In this document: in pieces, positions 1-9,868 of the stretch | Layout: every line of letters begins with the position of its first letter | Position numbering within the stretch: the stretch's first letter is position 1 | Source of the DNA: Bdellovibrionota bacterium | GTDB taxonomy: Bacteria; Bdellovibrionota_C; UBA2361; JBGSMV01 | Assembly: GCA_041739995.1 (NCBI GenBank) | Contig: JBGSMV010000047.1 | Coordinates: 3,972 to 67,971 of the forward strand | Length of the DNA stretch: 64,000 bases | Direction: 5' to 3' | The notes under the pieces: generated by a model | Databases searched by the model: none | Told to the model about the DNA's origin: nothing | Seen by the model: only the letters and a program-made list of their open reading frames with translations | Made by a program: the position numbers and the translations under genes

Positions 1-61
1 AGGACCTTAGGTGTTCGAATCAGTTATTGACTGGTTTGGCCACTACTTTTGTGAGCTAGAT

Positions 62-448
62 CTACCAGGAGAGTACTGCTCGTAGATGGGGCGGCAATCT
101 GTGTCCGATAATCTCTCGGATCGATCCACCAAAGCGAACATGAAAGGCCACGCGCACCGCGCGTCGTAGCGGAAGCTCTAGCGCCTCCCATATTTGCACC
201 ACTGACTCTAGGCTATTACTTTCTGGGGTAACAACTGCGAGGTAGATGGTCGTCGCAACTTCTTCAGATAGAAGATGGCGTGGCGCATGCTCAGCAAGGT
301 CTCGCACTTGTGCTCGAATTAGCGCTGGAGGTAACTGCAAAAGCGTTCGTACGCGCTCGGACAAGAAGGATCGCTCTAGTTTCGTCCAGTGGCCCAAATC
401 ACTCTGGATTTCGGTATTAACAATTTTCTCTGCTGAGTTGTGCGACAT
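62..448 (-). CDS. hypothetical protein (128 aa), downstream of the EamA transporter gene on the same strand
   Basis: Intact ORF from the six-frame track. I recognise no family motif, and the start codon was not verified. Confidence 0.3.
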   Translation of the reverse strand: MSHNSAEKIVNTEIQSDLGHWTKLERSFLSERVRTLLQLPPALIRAQVRDLAEHAPRHLLSEEVATTIYLAVVTPESNSLESVVQIWEALELPLRRAVRVAFHVRFGGSIREIIGHRLPPHLRAVLSW

Positions 449-570
449 ATGCTCCAGTCCTGATTAACTGAACACTAGTCGCGACTATGCGGCGAATTGC
501 TCCATATTTGAGCGTAAGTGCTTGAATTGGTAAGGGGTCTCGCCTTCTCAGGGCGCCGCGATGTTTCTGC

Positions 571-1497
571 TTAAGAACATTCCGTCTCAAGACTCAGCGT
601 CGGTATACGGGGTCCCGCCCGACGCTGACCCAGAGCGGCAAGCACCGCCCCGACGACGATAACCAGACCACCGATCACATGCTGAGCTGAAGGAAGCTCA
701 CCATACAACGCCCATGCGATTCCAAGCGCAAAAATCGCTTCGGTAGTAAGTACACTCCCCGAGATCGCGCCCGACACATTTCGAAAAGCGATACTTTGTA
801 TCCAACTAATCAGCGCTACCAGAGCGCCTCCAAAAAGCAGCACCCCCAATAGTCGTGCGTCGGCGTGAAAGGTCAGAGGCTCTCCAGCCACAAACGAAGC
901 CAGCAACAGCCACCCCGTACCCACCAAGACAAACGCCGCCGAAAGGGTACGGTCATCAATCTCAGTCCTATGATATCGCCGTGAAACGAGTGCGAATGAG
1001 AAGCCAAGGGCAGAAAGAAAAGCATAGACTTCTCCTCGACCAACGGAAAGAATGTTGGTGAAGTCTTGAAGGGTGACCAGTGCTAAACCGACCGTCGAGG
1101 TCAACAACCCCACCACGCTGACGGCACTCGGGCGCTCGCCAAACAGAAGGATCGACCATGCCGCGGTAAGCGGGAGGGCACATATAAACGAAACATTTGC
1201 TAAATGTGTTGTCGTCGCCGCTAGAACGAAAAAGCCGACGCCGAACAGATAGCCCATGAAAGTTCGAAGTAACAAAATCGCATAATCTCTGGGGCTAATC
1301 TTTTTTAGCTCCAGGATCGAAACCCAGGATCTAAAAAATATAGTAGCAAGCCCAAAGGCAATAATCGTTCTCAGATATGTCTGTTGAAACACAGCGAGTT
1401 CGCGCGCAAGTTCTCGTGCAATGACCCCAAAACAGGCATAGCCAAGTGTCACTATAAACAGAAGAAATATTGCGCGGCGAGGTACGTCGGCGACCAT
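571..1497 (-). CDS. EamA/DMT-family (drug/metabolite transporter) integral membrane protein
   Basis: The 308-aa protein is hydrophobic throughout with about 10 predicted TM segments arranged as two halves, the pattern typical of EamA/RhaT-type permeases. Confidence 0.55.
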   Translation of the reverse strand: MVADVPRRAIFLLFIVTLGYACFGVIARELARELAVFQQTYLRTIIAFGLATIFFRSWVSILELKKISPRDYAILLLRTFMGYLFGVGFFVLAATTTHLANVSFICALPLTAAWSILLFGERPSAVSVVGLLTSTVGLALVTLQDFTNILSVGRGEVYAFLSALGFSFALVSRRYHRTEIDDRTLSAAFVLVGTGWLLLASFVAGEPLTFHADARLLGVLLFGGALVALISWIQSIAFRNVSGAISGSVLTTEAIFALGIAWALYGELPSAQHVIGGLVIVVGAVLAALGQRRAGPRIPTLSLETECS

Positions 1498-1959
1498 GCA
1501 CGACTGTATCCGCTTCCTCCATCATATCAAGAGCTCCCACTTTGACCCCTGCTGCGCCGTCAACTCACCACTCTGGCAACTCACCACTCTGGGCTGACCC
1601 CCATGCTCGAATTTCAATCAGCGAGATGACTCAACGCATCTACGAATGGCACGAGGCGCCTGGCGTTCAAATCCTTCCCATCATCAGCAGAATCGCGGCG
1701 ATCGAAGCAATCACTATGAAAATTCCACTTCCGAACGAGATTAACGCTCCGTTCCATCCAGGCTCATTCGGATAGTCGATCCCGAACCTTCGCTTACGCC
1801 GACTGTATATATGCCCTATCATTCCCATAACGCCTCCGTTGAATCTGTAAATATTACGTGATAAATGCTGCGCATGGCATGAGCGGAGTCATGTCGAACG
1901 GAATGCTTATTTGAATATAAAGGCTGAAAACTACTAGAGAATTAATTACGGACTATTAG

Positions 1960-2592
1960 ATGGCACTGCCAAGGCAAGTTTCAAGCTCGGCCGACCTCAA
2001 GCTGCTCGATACGCCGCTTCATCGGTCACATTCATTAATTCGCAATCTTCTGACCGATGGTAATGTCGCATCGGTATGCAACTCCTCCTCCCATGCGACG
2101 AATGCGATCTGTAACCTTATCAATTTCTCAAGCGCACTTGTCGTAGTCGAGTATGGACCGGGGAGCGGGGCTATCACCGTTCCAGTCCTTAAGCACCTAC
2201 CAGCAGATGGGCAGATCATCGCCTTAGAAACCAATCTCAATCTTGCGGAAGGACTTTCATACGATATAAATGACCGTCGTTTGCGTGTGATTCATGGCAC
2301 CGCTGAACTTGTCGATAAGTTCGTGCCAAGAATGACAGCAGACGTGGTGATCTCAGGCATTCCATTCAGCATGATGAGTGACCAAGCGGTAGAGAATATT
2401 CTTCATAAAACCCGTATGATTTTAAAACCGGGTGGTAGGTTTATTGTCTATCAGGCTTGGCTGCCACCATTTTTCACGACCGATCGCTTGCAGAGATTGT
2501 TAGCTAAACATTTCGAGATTTTGTCTGTCACGAAGGTTCTGCGTAACATTCCACCGCTGCAATTATTTACGTGCGGCGCTACGGGCAAGTAA
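1960..2592 (+). CDS. class I SAM-dependent methyltransferase
   Basis: Glycine-rich SAM-binding motif I (VVEYGPGSGAIT) is followed by an acidic residue at the end of beta-2 (IIALE). Length and topology fit a small-molecule or RNA methyltransferase. Confidence 0.55.
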   Translation: MALPRQVSSSADLKLLDTPLHRSHSLIRNLLTDGNVASVCNSSSHATNAICNLINFSSALVVVEYGPGSGAITVPVLKHLPADGQIIALETNLNLAEGLSYDINDRRLRVIHGTAELVDKFVPRMTADVVISGIPFSMMSDQAVENILHKTRMILKPGGRFIVYQAWLPPFFTTDRLQRLLAKHFEILSVTKVLRNIPPLQLFTCGATGK

Positions 2593-3262
2593 CCAGGATC
2601 GGGGACTCTACAAATCTTATCAATTTATTACTCCGACGCTATCGGCGGTAAGTTGGCACGAATGACGCTTAAAAAGGCATTTGCGATTCGTTCATACCCA
2701 TGTTCGTTTGGATGAAAGCCGTCGCCTGTAACTTCTACATCTGAGACCGGCTGATTTGCTAGCTCGACAATGTTGGCTCCAAATCGCGGTTGGCTCCAAA
2801 TCGCGCCGCCTCACCTCTAATGACGTCGTTGGAAGCATCGACTCTCGAGTTTGTAACGTCGCCATCAGGATCATCTTAAAATCGCGGGAGTTGGGTAAGG
2901 TCAGGCATAGTTCCTACTACTACGAGCGCGGGCGTTTGGGACGTTAGTTCATCCCACATTCCTGAGACCTATCAAGCTTGCGAATGTTGACCATCGTGAC
3001 GTTAGGTATTTTCCTGACGGATAGGGAGACCGATAACTTCTGTTGAGAGATCTGTAAGTTGAGACTGACCTTGAGCCTCTGAAGTTTAAGCTGGCTGGAG
3101 TAGATGGTGAATAAGAGAGTTAGCCCGTAGCGGTAGTGACTCCTTCGAAAAAGGAACGCTCAAGGGACAATAGAAACTGCTCGGGCTCACTTCTGCAAGG
3201 ACTGTCGAATGTTCTGACCGAGCAATCATCAGAAACGCCCGTTAAAGTCCCGAATCACCCAA

Positions 3263-3976
3263 CTAAGGGTTGAGCGTCTGATTTCGCTGCGTGCCATGCT
3301 CTGGACGCGGAAAGTCCGCGCACCTCGAGGGCTCCAGCACCTCCCGCGACTCTACTACCTCACATCCCGCCGCCGTGAGTTTACGTAACATCTGTAGACC
3401 ATCGTCAGGAAAAATATTAACCGCTCGGCATGCATCAAGTACCACTCGCGTTTTTAGACCAAGTGAACACGCATCTAGTGCAGTAAACCCAACGCAGTAG
3501 TCCAGCGCGAGACCAACTACATCTAATTCAATGTCCTCGAATCGTTCTCCACGAGCCGCCGCTTGTTCTCTCAGCCATGACGCAAGTCCCGTCTCCGCCT
3601 CTCGTGCATTATCAAAGAATCCGCTGTAGCTATCGATCGCTGCCTGCTCTCCCTTCGGTACAGTAAAATTTATTCGATGCACTTCAAGGTCGCCGTGAAT
3701 CTCGGCACCTCTGGAGCCCTGCACACAGTGTCTGGGCCACAGGGTCTGTGAGCGTCCGCCAAGGTCCTTTTTTTCGAATGGCTTCGCACCGGGATATCTA
3801 TCCGCAAAGCTGGAATGATCCTCAGGATGCCAGTCCTTGGTTGCCACTATCAGGTCATAGTTCCCCGACCTCATCAAGCGATTTGCCACGGCAACGACTT
3901 GGTCTCCTTCGGGCACTGCAAGGCCTCCTCCTGGACAAAAATCATTTTGCACATCAACGACGAGTAACACTCTCAT
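3263..3976 (-). CDS. pncA: nicotinamidase/pyrazinamidase (isochorismatase family)
   Basis: N-terminal signature MRVLLVVDVQNDFCPGGGLAVPEG plus the catalytic Cys region (LDYCVGFTALDA). ATG at 3974-3976 is preceded by GGAGG with a 6-nt spacer; the ORF-track start is an upstream TTG. Confidence 0.75.
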   Translation of the reverse strand: MRVLLVVDVQNDFCPGGGLAVPEGDQVVAVANRLMRSGNYDLIVATKDWHPEDHSSFADRYPGAKPFEKKDLGGRSQTLWPRHCVQGSRGAEIHGDLEVHRINFTVPKGEQAAIDSYSGFFDNAREAETGLASWLREQAAARGERFEDIELDVVGLALDYCVGFTALDACSLGLKTRVVLDACRAVNIFPDDGLQMLRKLTAAGCEVVESREVLEPSRCADFPRPEHGTQRNQTLNP

Positions 3977-4013
3977 ATAGTCCTCCAAAAGAATGTTGGT
4001 AAACGTTCAAAAA

Positions 4014-5732
4014 CTAGGAGAGAAAGCCATGGTTCATGGGAACGCGACGTCCGTTGCCAAAAGAATGCGGGGTAACGCGAATCGCTGGAGCGGCCTGCCT
4101 TCGTTTCCACTCAGAACGATCAAGCTTTCGAAAGGCGCCCTCGATAACCTGGCGAGTGAATTGAGTGCCGTATTTTTCAAGGGTTTCAGAGAACGAGAGT
4201 CCGGTCTCAACCATGTCTCTCACCATGGGGGCTATCTCTTGAGGAGGTGCTCCCATGACGTGCGCGTCAACTTGACCGTTCTTGAGTTCAGCCGAAGGCA
4301 CTCGGTCAATCGTCGTTTGCGGAATGATTTCGCGGCCTGCGCGCTGGTTAATAAAGCGAGCTAGATCAAATACTCGATCTTTGTCGACATCTCCGAGAAC
4401 ACTAAAGCCTCCGACCATGTCGCCATAAATCGTGCAGTTGTCCAATGCAAGTTCAGTTTTGTTCCCGGTATTAAGCACCAGCCCATGCATCTTGTTTCCG
4501 TAGAACATGAGGCCAAGCATGCGAAGCCTTGCTTGCACGTTCTCTTCAGACACGTCCTCGGGAAGTGCGCTGACGTCTGGGTCTTCTCGAAAGACACTCA
4601 AACACGCTTCGGTTTGCTCTTGGATAGGACTTGTTTTGAATCGAATACCAAGGTTTCGTGCCAGAATCTCAGCATCCGACTTTGTCTCAGTAGAGTTGAA
4701 CTTTGACGGCATAGTGATGCCCAGCACCTTCTCTTGGCCAAGTGCCTCAACTGCAAGCGCGGCCACCACCGCTGAATCGATCCCACCACTTAATCCAATG
4801 ATTGCTTGTGCAAAGCGTCCTTTCCTTGGATTTCCACCGTCGAGGAAGTAGTCCTTGATTCCCAGAACTAGGGCATCAAAAAGTTCCTCAACTTCTGGAA
4901 CTACCGGCAATGCCACGGCTTGAGGCCCAAAGACATCAACTATGAGCAGATCCTCTGCGAATCCTTTTCCCATTGCTTTCGGAATCGCATCTGCACCTAA
5001 GATTATGCTTCTGCCGTCAAAGACGATCTGTCCTTCAAATCCGTCATAACTTCCCACCAGATTCGCGTACACGAACGGAACACCGGTCTGTTCGACCACC
5101 TTCTTCAGCAGGTCAGTCCGAACCGGGAGCTTTCCGATGTGAAATGGAGAGGCTGACAGATTTACAATCAGGTCTGGATTCTGAGACTTCAGCTCTCTAC
5201 TCGGATCGATCTCATAGCCATTCGACCACAAGTCCTCACAGATTTGCGTACCAAGTCGGACACCTCCCACATCAACCACGCGTCGCTCACGCGCTGGCTG
5301 AAAATATCGGTTCTCAAAGAAAATATCGTAATCGGGAAGTAGCGACTTATCCTGGACTGAAACAATCTTTCCGTCATGGATAATGGCCGCAGAGTTAAAG
5401 AGTATCGGTCGACCGTTCGGTCCGCTTTTGCTTAGATCGGTATCGACGAAACCAACGATTGCGGTAATTCCCTCAGTCGCCTCCCTCACCTTCTGCAACG
5501 CGCGTATGTTTTCAGCGATGTATTCGCGACTCAAAAGCAGGTCCATTGAGCAGTAGCCGGGGATGGCGAGTTCCGGAAATACCACAAGTTGAGCACCGTG
5601 GCGTTTTGCCTCACGAATTGCGTCGATTATCTTGTTTGCATTTGCCGTTATCTGACCGGGGTAAGTGGCAATCTGCGCTACTGCGACTCGATATTGCTGC
5701 TTTGATCCTTTGAGGACTCTGCTGACCTCCAT
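4014..5732 (-). CDS. nadE: glutamine-dependent NAD+ synthetase (N-terminal nitrilase/CN-hydrolase domain plus NAD-synthetase domain)
   Basis: CN-hydrolase block (RVAVAQIATYPG...LVVFPELAIPGY) followed by the PP-loop ATP-pyrophosphatase motif GLSGGIDSAVVAAL. Probable start is the ATG encoding MEVSRVL at 5730-5732; the track ORF runs on to 5957. Confidence 0.75.
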   Translation of the reverse strand: MEVSRVLKGSKQQYRVAVAQIATYPGQITANANKIIDAIREAKRHGAQLVVFPELAIPGYCSMDLLLSREYIAENIRALQKVREATEGITAIVGFVDTDLSKSGPNGRPILFNSAAIIHDGKIVSVQDKSLLPDYDIFFENRYFQPARERRVVDVGGVRLGTQICEDLWSNGYEIDPSRELKSQNPDLIVNLSASPFHIGKLPVRTDLLKKVVEQTGVPFVYANLVGSYDGFEGQIVFDGRSIILGADAIPKAMGKGFAEDLLIVDVFGPQAVALPVVPEVEELFDALVLGIKDYFLDGGNPRKGRFAQAIIGLSGGIDSAVVAALAVEALGQEKVLGITMPSKFNSTETKSDAEILARNLGIRFKTSPIQEQTEACLSVFREDPDVSALPEDVSEENVQARLRMLGLMFYGNKMHGLVLNTGNKTELALDNCTIYGDMVGGFSVLGDVDKDRVFDLARFINQRAGREIIPQTTIDRVPSAELKNGQVDAHVMGAPPQEIAPMVRDMVETGLSFSETLEKYGTQFTRQVIEGAFRKLDRSEWKRRQAAPAIRVTPHSFGNGRRVPMNHGFLS

Positions 5733-6036
5733 TGCGCTCTGTGGCAAAGAGACCTCAATCTGAGTGTTCGGCGCTCCTGACGCGTCGAACAAACCCTCTC
5801 TCTCCTTCGCTGTGTTCTCTGATTGCCCTTTCACTGTTTCAGCAAAACTCGCCCGCGTGTTCACTTGGTGTCTCCTTAAATTCTCGCCACACCAGGAAGT
5901 TGGCAAATTTAGTAGATATTTGCGATTTGATGACTGTATTAGCAGCTTATTAAGCAATTTCTGCTCATATATGCGGTCTTTTTGAAGTTCGAGGTTCTGC
6001 TCTCACACTCCGGGGTGAAAGGCACTTAACGGAGGT

Positions 6037-7455
6037 ATGTCTATGTTCCCTGGTACTGAGAGAGTTGAACCTACGATGAGTAACCCCGCTTCTCCGTCTT
6101 CGAGAGAAGCTCGCCCGCGACAGGAAATAAATGTTGCCCCGGATTCCCTTCAGGTGCTTGGGAGTAATGAGACTCGTGCGCAACATAGGCTTGAAGCACG
6201 CATTGCCGCACTGCCAGAGAGCGCTCGGCCGTATGCCGACAAATACTTCCTCAATACCGAAGAGATTTTAAAGTCTGAAGGGTTAAATCCCTGGGTAAGA
6301 GCTCAGGTCATGATTCGCAAGGGTCCAGGGGAAGTCGGAGGAATTACTGAGGCACTAGCTCAGGTGGTAAAATACTCTGATTTTGCTCGCAACGGTGGAC
6401 GAGCTTTTGCACTCTCTGATGGTGACTCCTACAACTCATCGGAAACACTGCTTGTGCTTGAAGGACGTATTCAAGACATAGTGGCACTCGAAACCATGTA
6501 TCTTGGCGTCATTAGCGCCGAAAGCACGCTACTTACAGAGGGTAAGAACTCGATAGATCTTGAAGAAGTGAAGACGCGCATGACCAAAGTCTGCGATACT
6601 GCCGAAGGTCGACCGGTGATATATTTTGGTGCTCGTCACTGGCGATATGATGAGGACCGCGCAATTTCGTCTGCTGCGTTTGAGGGTGGTGCGAGTGCCG
6701 CTTCCACTGACGCCGGCGCGAGCAGTGTTGGTAAAGTTGGCATTGGAACCATTCCTCATGTGCTTGAGAACATTTACGCGTGGAAGGTCGGGCGAGAGGC
6801 TGCGGTGGTAGAGGCCACTAAGGCTTTTGATCGTGTGATCGATAGAGAAGTGCCACGTATTGCGCTGATTGACTATGCCAATCGTGAGATTAGTGATTCA
6901 CTTGCCACCGCCAACGCACTCCGTGGTCGTCTACACGGCGTGCGAGTCGATACCTGCGGAGAGAACATTGCGCAGGGCGCGCTCACTTCGGGCAACGGTC
7001 CAGAGGCGGCCATAATGAGGGCCCAGGGATTGAATTTTCCTCGCGACGAGGATGCCGATTCTAAATATTGGTACGGGTCTGGCGTCACCATCAGTGGAGT
7101 ATTCGCACTTCGGCAAGCACTCGACTGCGCCGGATATGAGAAAGTACAGATCGTGCTCTCCTCAGGTTTTGGAAGTGCCAATAAAGTTGCTGCTTTTGTT
7201 CGAGCTGAAAAGATCCTCGGAATTAAGCTATTTGACTCTCTAGGCGTCGGCGGAGTGTATGACTCTCGCTCGGCCAAGATGGATATTGTTCGAGTGGGCA
7301 ATTCTGCAGAGGATTGGCGCGAAGTGTCCAAGGTAGGAAGAAAAGAGAGATTAAATCCAAGATTGCGTGAGGTGGATTTAACACAAATCGAGAGACTGCT
7401 TACACCTTCGTCTAGTGCGCCCTCTAGTACGGAACAAGAAAGTGGGGCACTCTGA
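6037..7455 (+). CDS. pncB: nicotinate phosphoribosyltransferase-family protein (archaeal/bacterial NAPRTase type)
   Basis: YADKYFLNTEEIL and ETMYLGVIS blocks resemble NAPRTase family members. It is divergently paired with nadE-pncA. The 40-aa N-terminal extension on the track ORF means the true start may be internal. Confidence 0.5.
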   Translation: MSMFPGTERVEPTMSNPASPSSREARPRQEINVAPDSLQVLGSNETRAQHRLEARIAALPESARPYADKYFLNTEEILKSEGLNPWVRAQVMIRKGPGEVGGITEALAQVVKYSDFARNGGRAFALSDGDSYNSSETLLVLEGRIQDIVALETMYLGVISAESTLLTEGKNSIDLEEVKTRMTKVCDTAEGRPVIYFGARHWRYDEDRAISSAAFEGGASAASTDAGASSVGKVGIGTIPHVLENIYAWKVGREAAVVEATKAFDRVIDREVPRIALIDYANREISDSLATANALRGRLHGVRVDTCGENIAQGALTSGNGPEAAIMRAQGLNFPRDEDADSKYWYGSGVTISGVFALRQALDCAGYEKVQIVLSSGFGSANKVAAFVRAEKILGIKLFDSLGVGGVYDSRSAKMDIVRVGNSAEDWREVSKVGRKERLNPRLREVDLTQIERLLTPSSSAPSSTEQESGAL

Positions 7456-8768
7456 TGATCAGCGTTATGCCAGGTGGTGCCTCCTCGAACATTGACCCTC
7501 GAAGCGACAAGGAACTGCGTCCCCCGCGGCCCATTGAGCACGAGCCACTCGACCAAGTAATGGAGCTTGTTGGTAAAGACTCGCCCCTACAGCACTTTCG
7601 CGTGACGCTTCTGAATCACACGGGAACCGCGCTCGACGCCCCTAGAAACTATACACTGGACTGCCGTGCACTTTCTCCTACAGTTTCAGCGGTCGCGGTT
7701 ACTCCTGAGAGAGACGGAATTTTTCTACAACTTCAAACATTCCCTATCCTGGAAATTCGGGCACATGTTCTGGAAAGCGATCCGCTTCCGGAATCCGGGA
7801 AGTTTTTTGCTCTTCCAGATTTAGATAAATGTGGCGAGCCAGGCGCTGCGATCGGACACGAGTTCTTTCCATCGGTCGGCGGGTCGACTGAGTTTAGCTC
7901 CCTAAAACACTGTACTCTTCATAAGTGTCCGAACGACGCTACTACGAAAATCTCAGCTTTTTCATTCCAAGAGGTCATAGATGGTTTCTTTGCTGGCTCT
8001 GTAAGAGACCTGCGCGCAGTTCTGGCAACCTTTCGGCTTGCTCGTGCTTCGCAAATTCCACTTCAATGGCCAAAGGCAATTCCTTTTGAAAACAATCATT
8101 CCGATTATCAGGGATTAATTCCTAGATTATCTCTTCAGCAAGCACTTCAGTGGATTGTGTCGACTCCAGAACCCGACAGGGTTGCGCAGGTGGCGGTCAG
8201 CGCATCGGAGAGCGGTCAGAGTCCTTTTCTTCGAGCATTCGCATTGGAAGAAAATGGACAACAGCACATCGCTTCCGTGAGAAGGGGGGTCGACGCAGTA
8301 GACGTGGTTGCGGCATGTGTTATCGAGGGTCATCACTACCTAGTCGTAAAGCGAGAAATTCGTCCTGCGCTGGCAGCTGCGCGCATTGCCGCAGGAGATG
8401 AGTCCTGCATTCTTCCTGCAACGTCAATTGGCGGAGTTGCTGAATCATTAGAGGGGGAAACGACTCTAGAAGCGGTCGGGCAGCGAGCAGTTCAGGGAGT
8501 CAGAGAAGAAGCAGGTTGTGAGTGCCAGGGAAAACCACACTATCTCGGCATGTCATACCCTTCGCCGAAATTTGGAGTTGAGAGGGTTTACCTCTTCGCT
8601 ACAGAAGTCGATCCCTACACCCCGAGCGGTCTAACGCCAGAACTTGATGAGGTGGTCGATCTTGCTTTGATTGACGCCGAAGACGTTCTACGACTTAGCG
8701 ACATGGGCCTCGTGCATGACCCAAGGCTTGAGATCTCGGCCCACATTCTGAGCCTATTAGGAAATTAG
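7455..8768 (+). CDS. hypothetical two-domain protein; C-terminal ~160 aa has a Nudix-like fold with a degenerate Nudix box
   Basis: The start overlaps the pncB stop (ATGA), indicating translational coupling. The C-terminal segment VVAACVIEGHHYLVVKRE...GGVAESLEGETTLEAVGQRAVQGVREEAG resembles a Nudix core but does not fit GX5EX7REUXEEXGU exactly. The ~270-aa N-terminal region is not recognised. Confidence 0.3.
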   Translation: MISVMPGGASSNIDPRSDKELRPPRPIEHEPLDQVMELVGKDSPLQHFRVTLLNHTGTALDAPRNYTLDCRALSPTVSAVAVTPERDGIFLQLQTFPILEIRAHVLESDPLPESGKFFALPDLDKCGEPGAAIGHEFFPSVGGSTEFSSLKHCTLHKCPNDATTKISAFSFQEVIDGFFAGSVRDLRAVLATFRLARASQIPLQWPKAIPFENNHSDYQGLIPRLSLQQALQWIVSTPEPDRVAQVAVSASESGQSPFLRAFALEENGQQHIASVRRGVDAVDVVAACVIEGHHYLVVKREIRPALAAARIAAGDESCILPATSIGGVAESLEGETTLEAVGQRAVQGVREEAGCECQGKPHYLGMSYPSPKFGVERVYLFATEVDPYTPSGLTPELDEVVDLALIDAEDVLRLSDMGLVHDPRLEISAHILSLLGN

Positions 8769-8836
8769 TGCTATCGATGTAAGTGAGAAACCTCAGCACT
8801 TGTCTGTAAATCGGTATGCGAGGAACCGAAATGCAA

Positions 8837-8873
8837 CCCGAGAACCTCCCATCAAAGACGAAAGGTTCCCGGG
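8837..8873. terminator. candidate bidirectional hairpin between convergent genes
   Basis: cccgagaacct ... aggttcccggg forms an 11-bp stem with one mismatch and a 15-nt loop, in the 127-bp gap between the convergent 7455-8768 (+) and 8896-9699 (-) genes. No strong T-run follows on either strand. Confidence 0.25.
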
Positions 8874-8895
8874 AGTTTCAGAGTCGTCAGGATTC

Positions 8896-9699
8896 TTAGA
8901 GATGAATTCCTACGATGAGGCGAATCTCTACTTCCTCTTCATGCACTAGGTTACGTCCTCCTTGGGAACCGTCGCCATTACCCCACACTTGTGGCAGCAC
9001 AGTGAGCGTTGTCCACCACTTCGGAGTTGCATAGTGCACATTCGGACCAACAGACCATGTCTGGTACTCTTGACCGTTAAGATCTAGTCCGTCTGGGTAA
9101 GCTGCCTTATTGCGCGCCTCTATTCCCATGCTCCATTGTGGGGAAAGCTTGTAAGCTGCGCCAAATGCGAATTCTAAATATGCTTCCTCTTCGGTGCGCT
9201 GATTCTCTCGTTCCCACTCCATTTCATACTCGGCGTGCGCCGCAAGCACGAAGCTGCCGAGGTCCTTGCTAAGAATTATCTTGGTCTCTGCCTCGTAGTC
9301 AGTACCGTCGGTCGTTACCTCTCCATAGACCGCAAGGCCTACTGGATCGATGACCGGACTAAGCAGAGAATAAAATAGCTCACCGGATACGCCCTTAAAA
9401 TCCGTGTCGTTCTCTGACTCTCCATTACTGCGATCAATCCGCGTTGAGTTCCAGTTCAAGTACACCGCACCCGTCAAGTTAGAGGTGATGCCATGCTCAA
9501 TCTCTGTACGAAAATCCCAAGCTGAATAGTCCTGGTCCTTGCGTCCATTTTGCTGAGTGATCCACTGCTCAAATTCCCATCCGCCCTCAGGCATTGGGTC
9601 AGCTTCATACACATAGGTAAAAAATCTCTCGTCCGCTGAAGCCGAGAGAGGAAGAAGAACAATAGTGGCCAGAGCCAACATCGCGCTAATTAATCGCAT
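8896..9699 (-). CDS. secreted outer-membrane beta-barrel protein (putative porin/OMP)
   Basis: Sec signal peptide (MRLISAMLALATIVLLPLSASA). The mature protein shows alternating hydrophobic/aromatic beta-strand periodicity with Gly/Asn/Asp-rich turns, and its length fits an 8-12-strand barrel. Confidence 0.4.
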   Translation of the reverse strand: MRLISAMLALATIVLLPLSASADERFFTYVYEADPMPEGGWEFEQWITQQNGRKDQDYSAWDFRTEIEHGITSNLTGAVYLNWNSTRIDRSNGESENDTDFKGVSGELFYSLLSPVIDPVGLAVYGEVTTDGTDYEAETKIILSKDLGSFVLAAHAEYEMEWERENQRTEEEAYLEFAFGAAYKLSPQWSMGIEARNKAAYPDGLDLNGQEYQTWSVGPNVHYATPKWWTTLTVLPQVWGNGDGSQGGRNLVHEEEVEIRLIVGIHL

Positions 9700-9868
9700 A
9701 TAACTATATATATTTACTCAATAAAAATTGTTGCTAGGTCATCCATCTCACCTACTATGAGATGACGCAGTGGATATAGCGATACTGTTATCGGTATGTC
9801 AAGCACCCGCTTGAAATATGTCGCTATGCCTGCCATAGCTTAGGCCCCCTGGGTAAGGAACTTTTGAA

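Noticed and set aside
1-60. Possible tRNA 3' fragment at the window start (gtgttcgaatca resembles a T-loop GGTTCGAATCC).
   Set aside because: There is no acceptor stem or CCA-adjacent complement and the rest of the cloverleaf is not reconstructable. It is likely a chance similarity.
1470-1775. 101-aa ORF on the + strand in the intergenic region.
   Set aside because: It overlaps the EamA gene start on the opposite strand and spans the 16-bp tandem repeat. It has no RBS or motif and is likely non-coding.
6873-7556. 227-aa ORF on the - strand.
   Set aside because: It is antisense inside the pncB-like gene, has no motif, and the sense-strand gene has strong family similarity.
7455-8768. Considered calling this gene the NAD-regulon repressor NrtR.
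   Set aside because: NrtR has an N-terminal Nudix domain and a C-terminal winged helix. Here the Nudix-like part is C-terminal and the Nudix box is degenerate, so only a Nudix-like fold is claimed.
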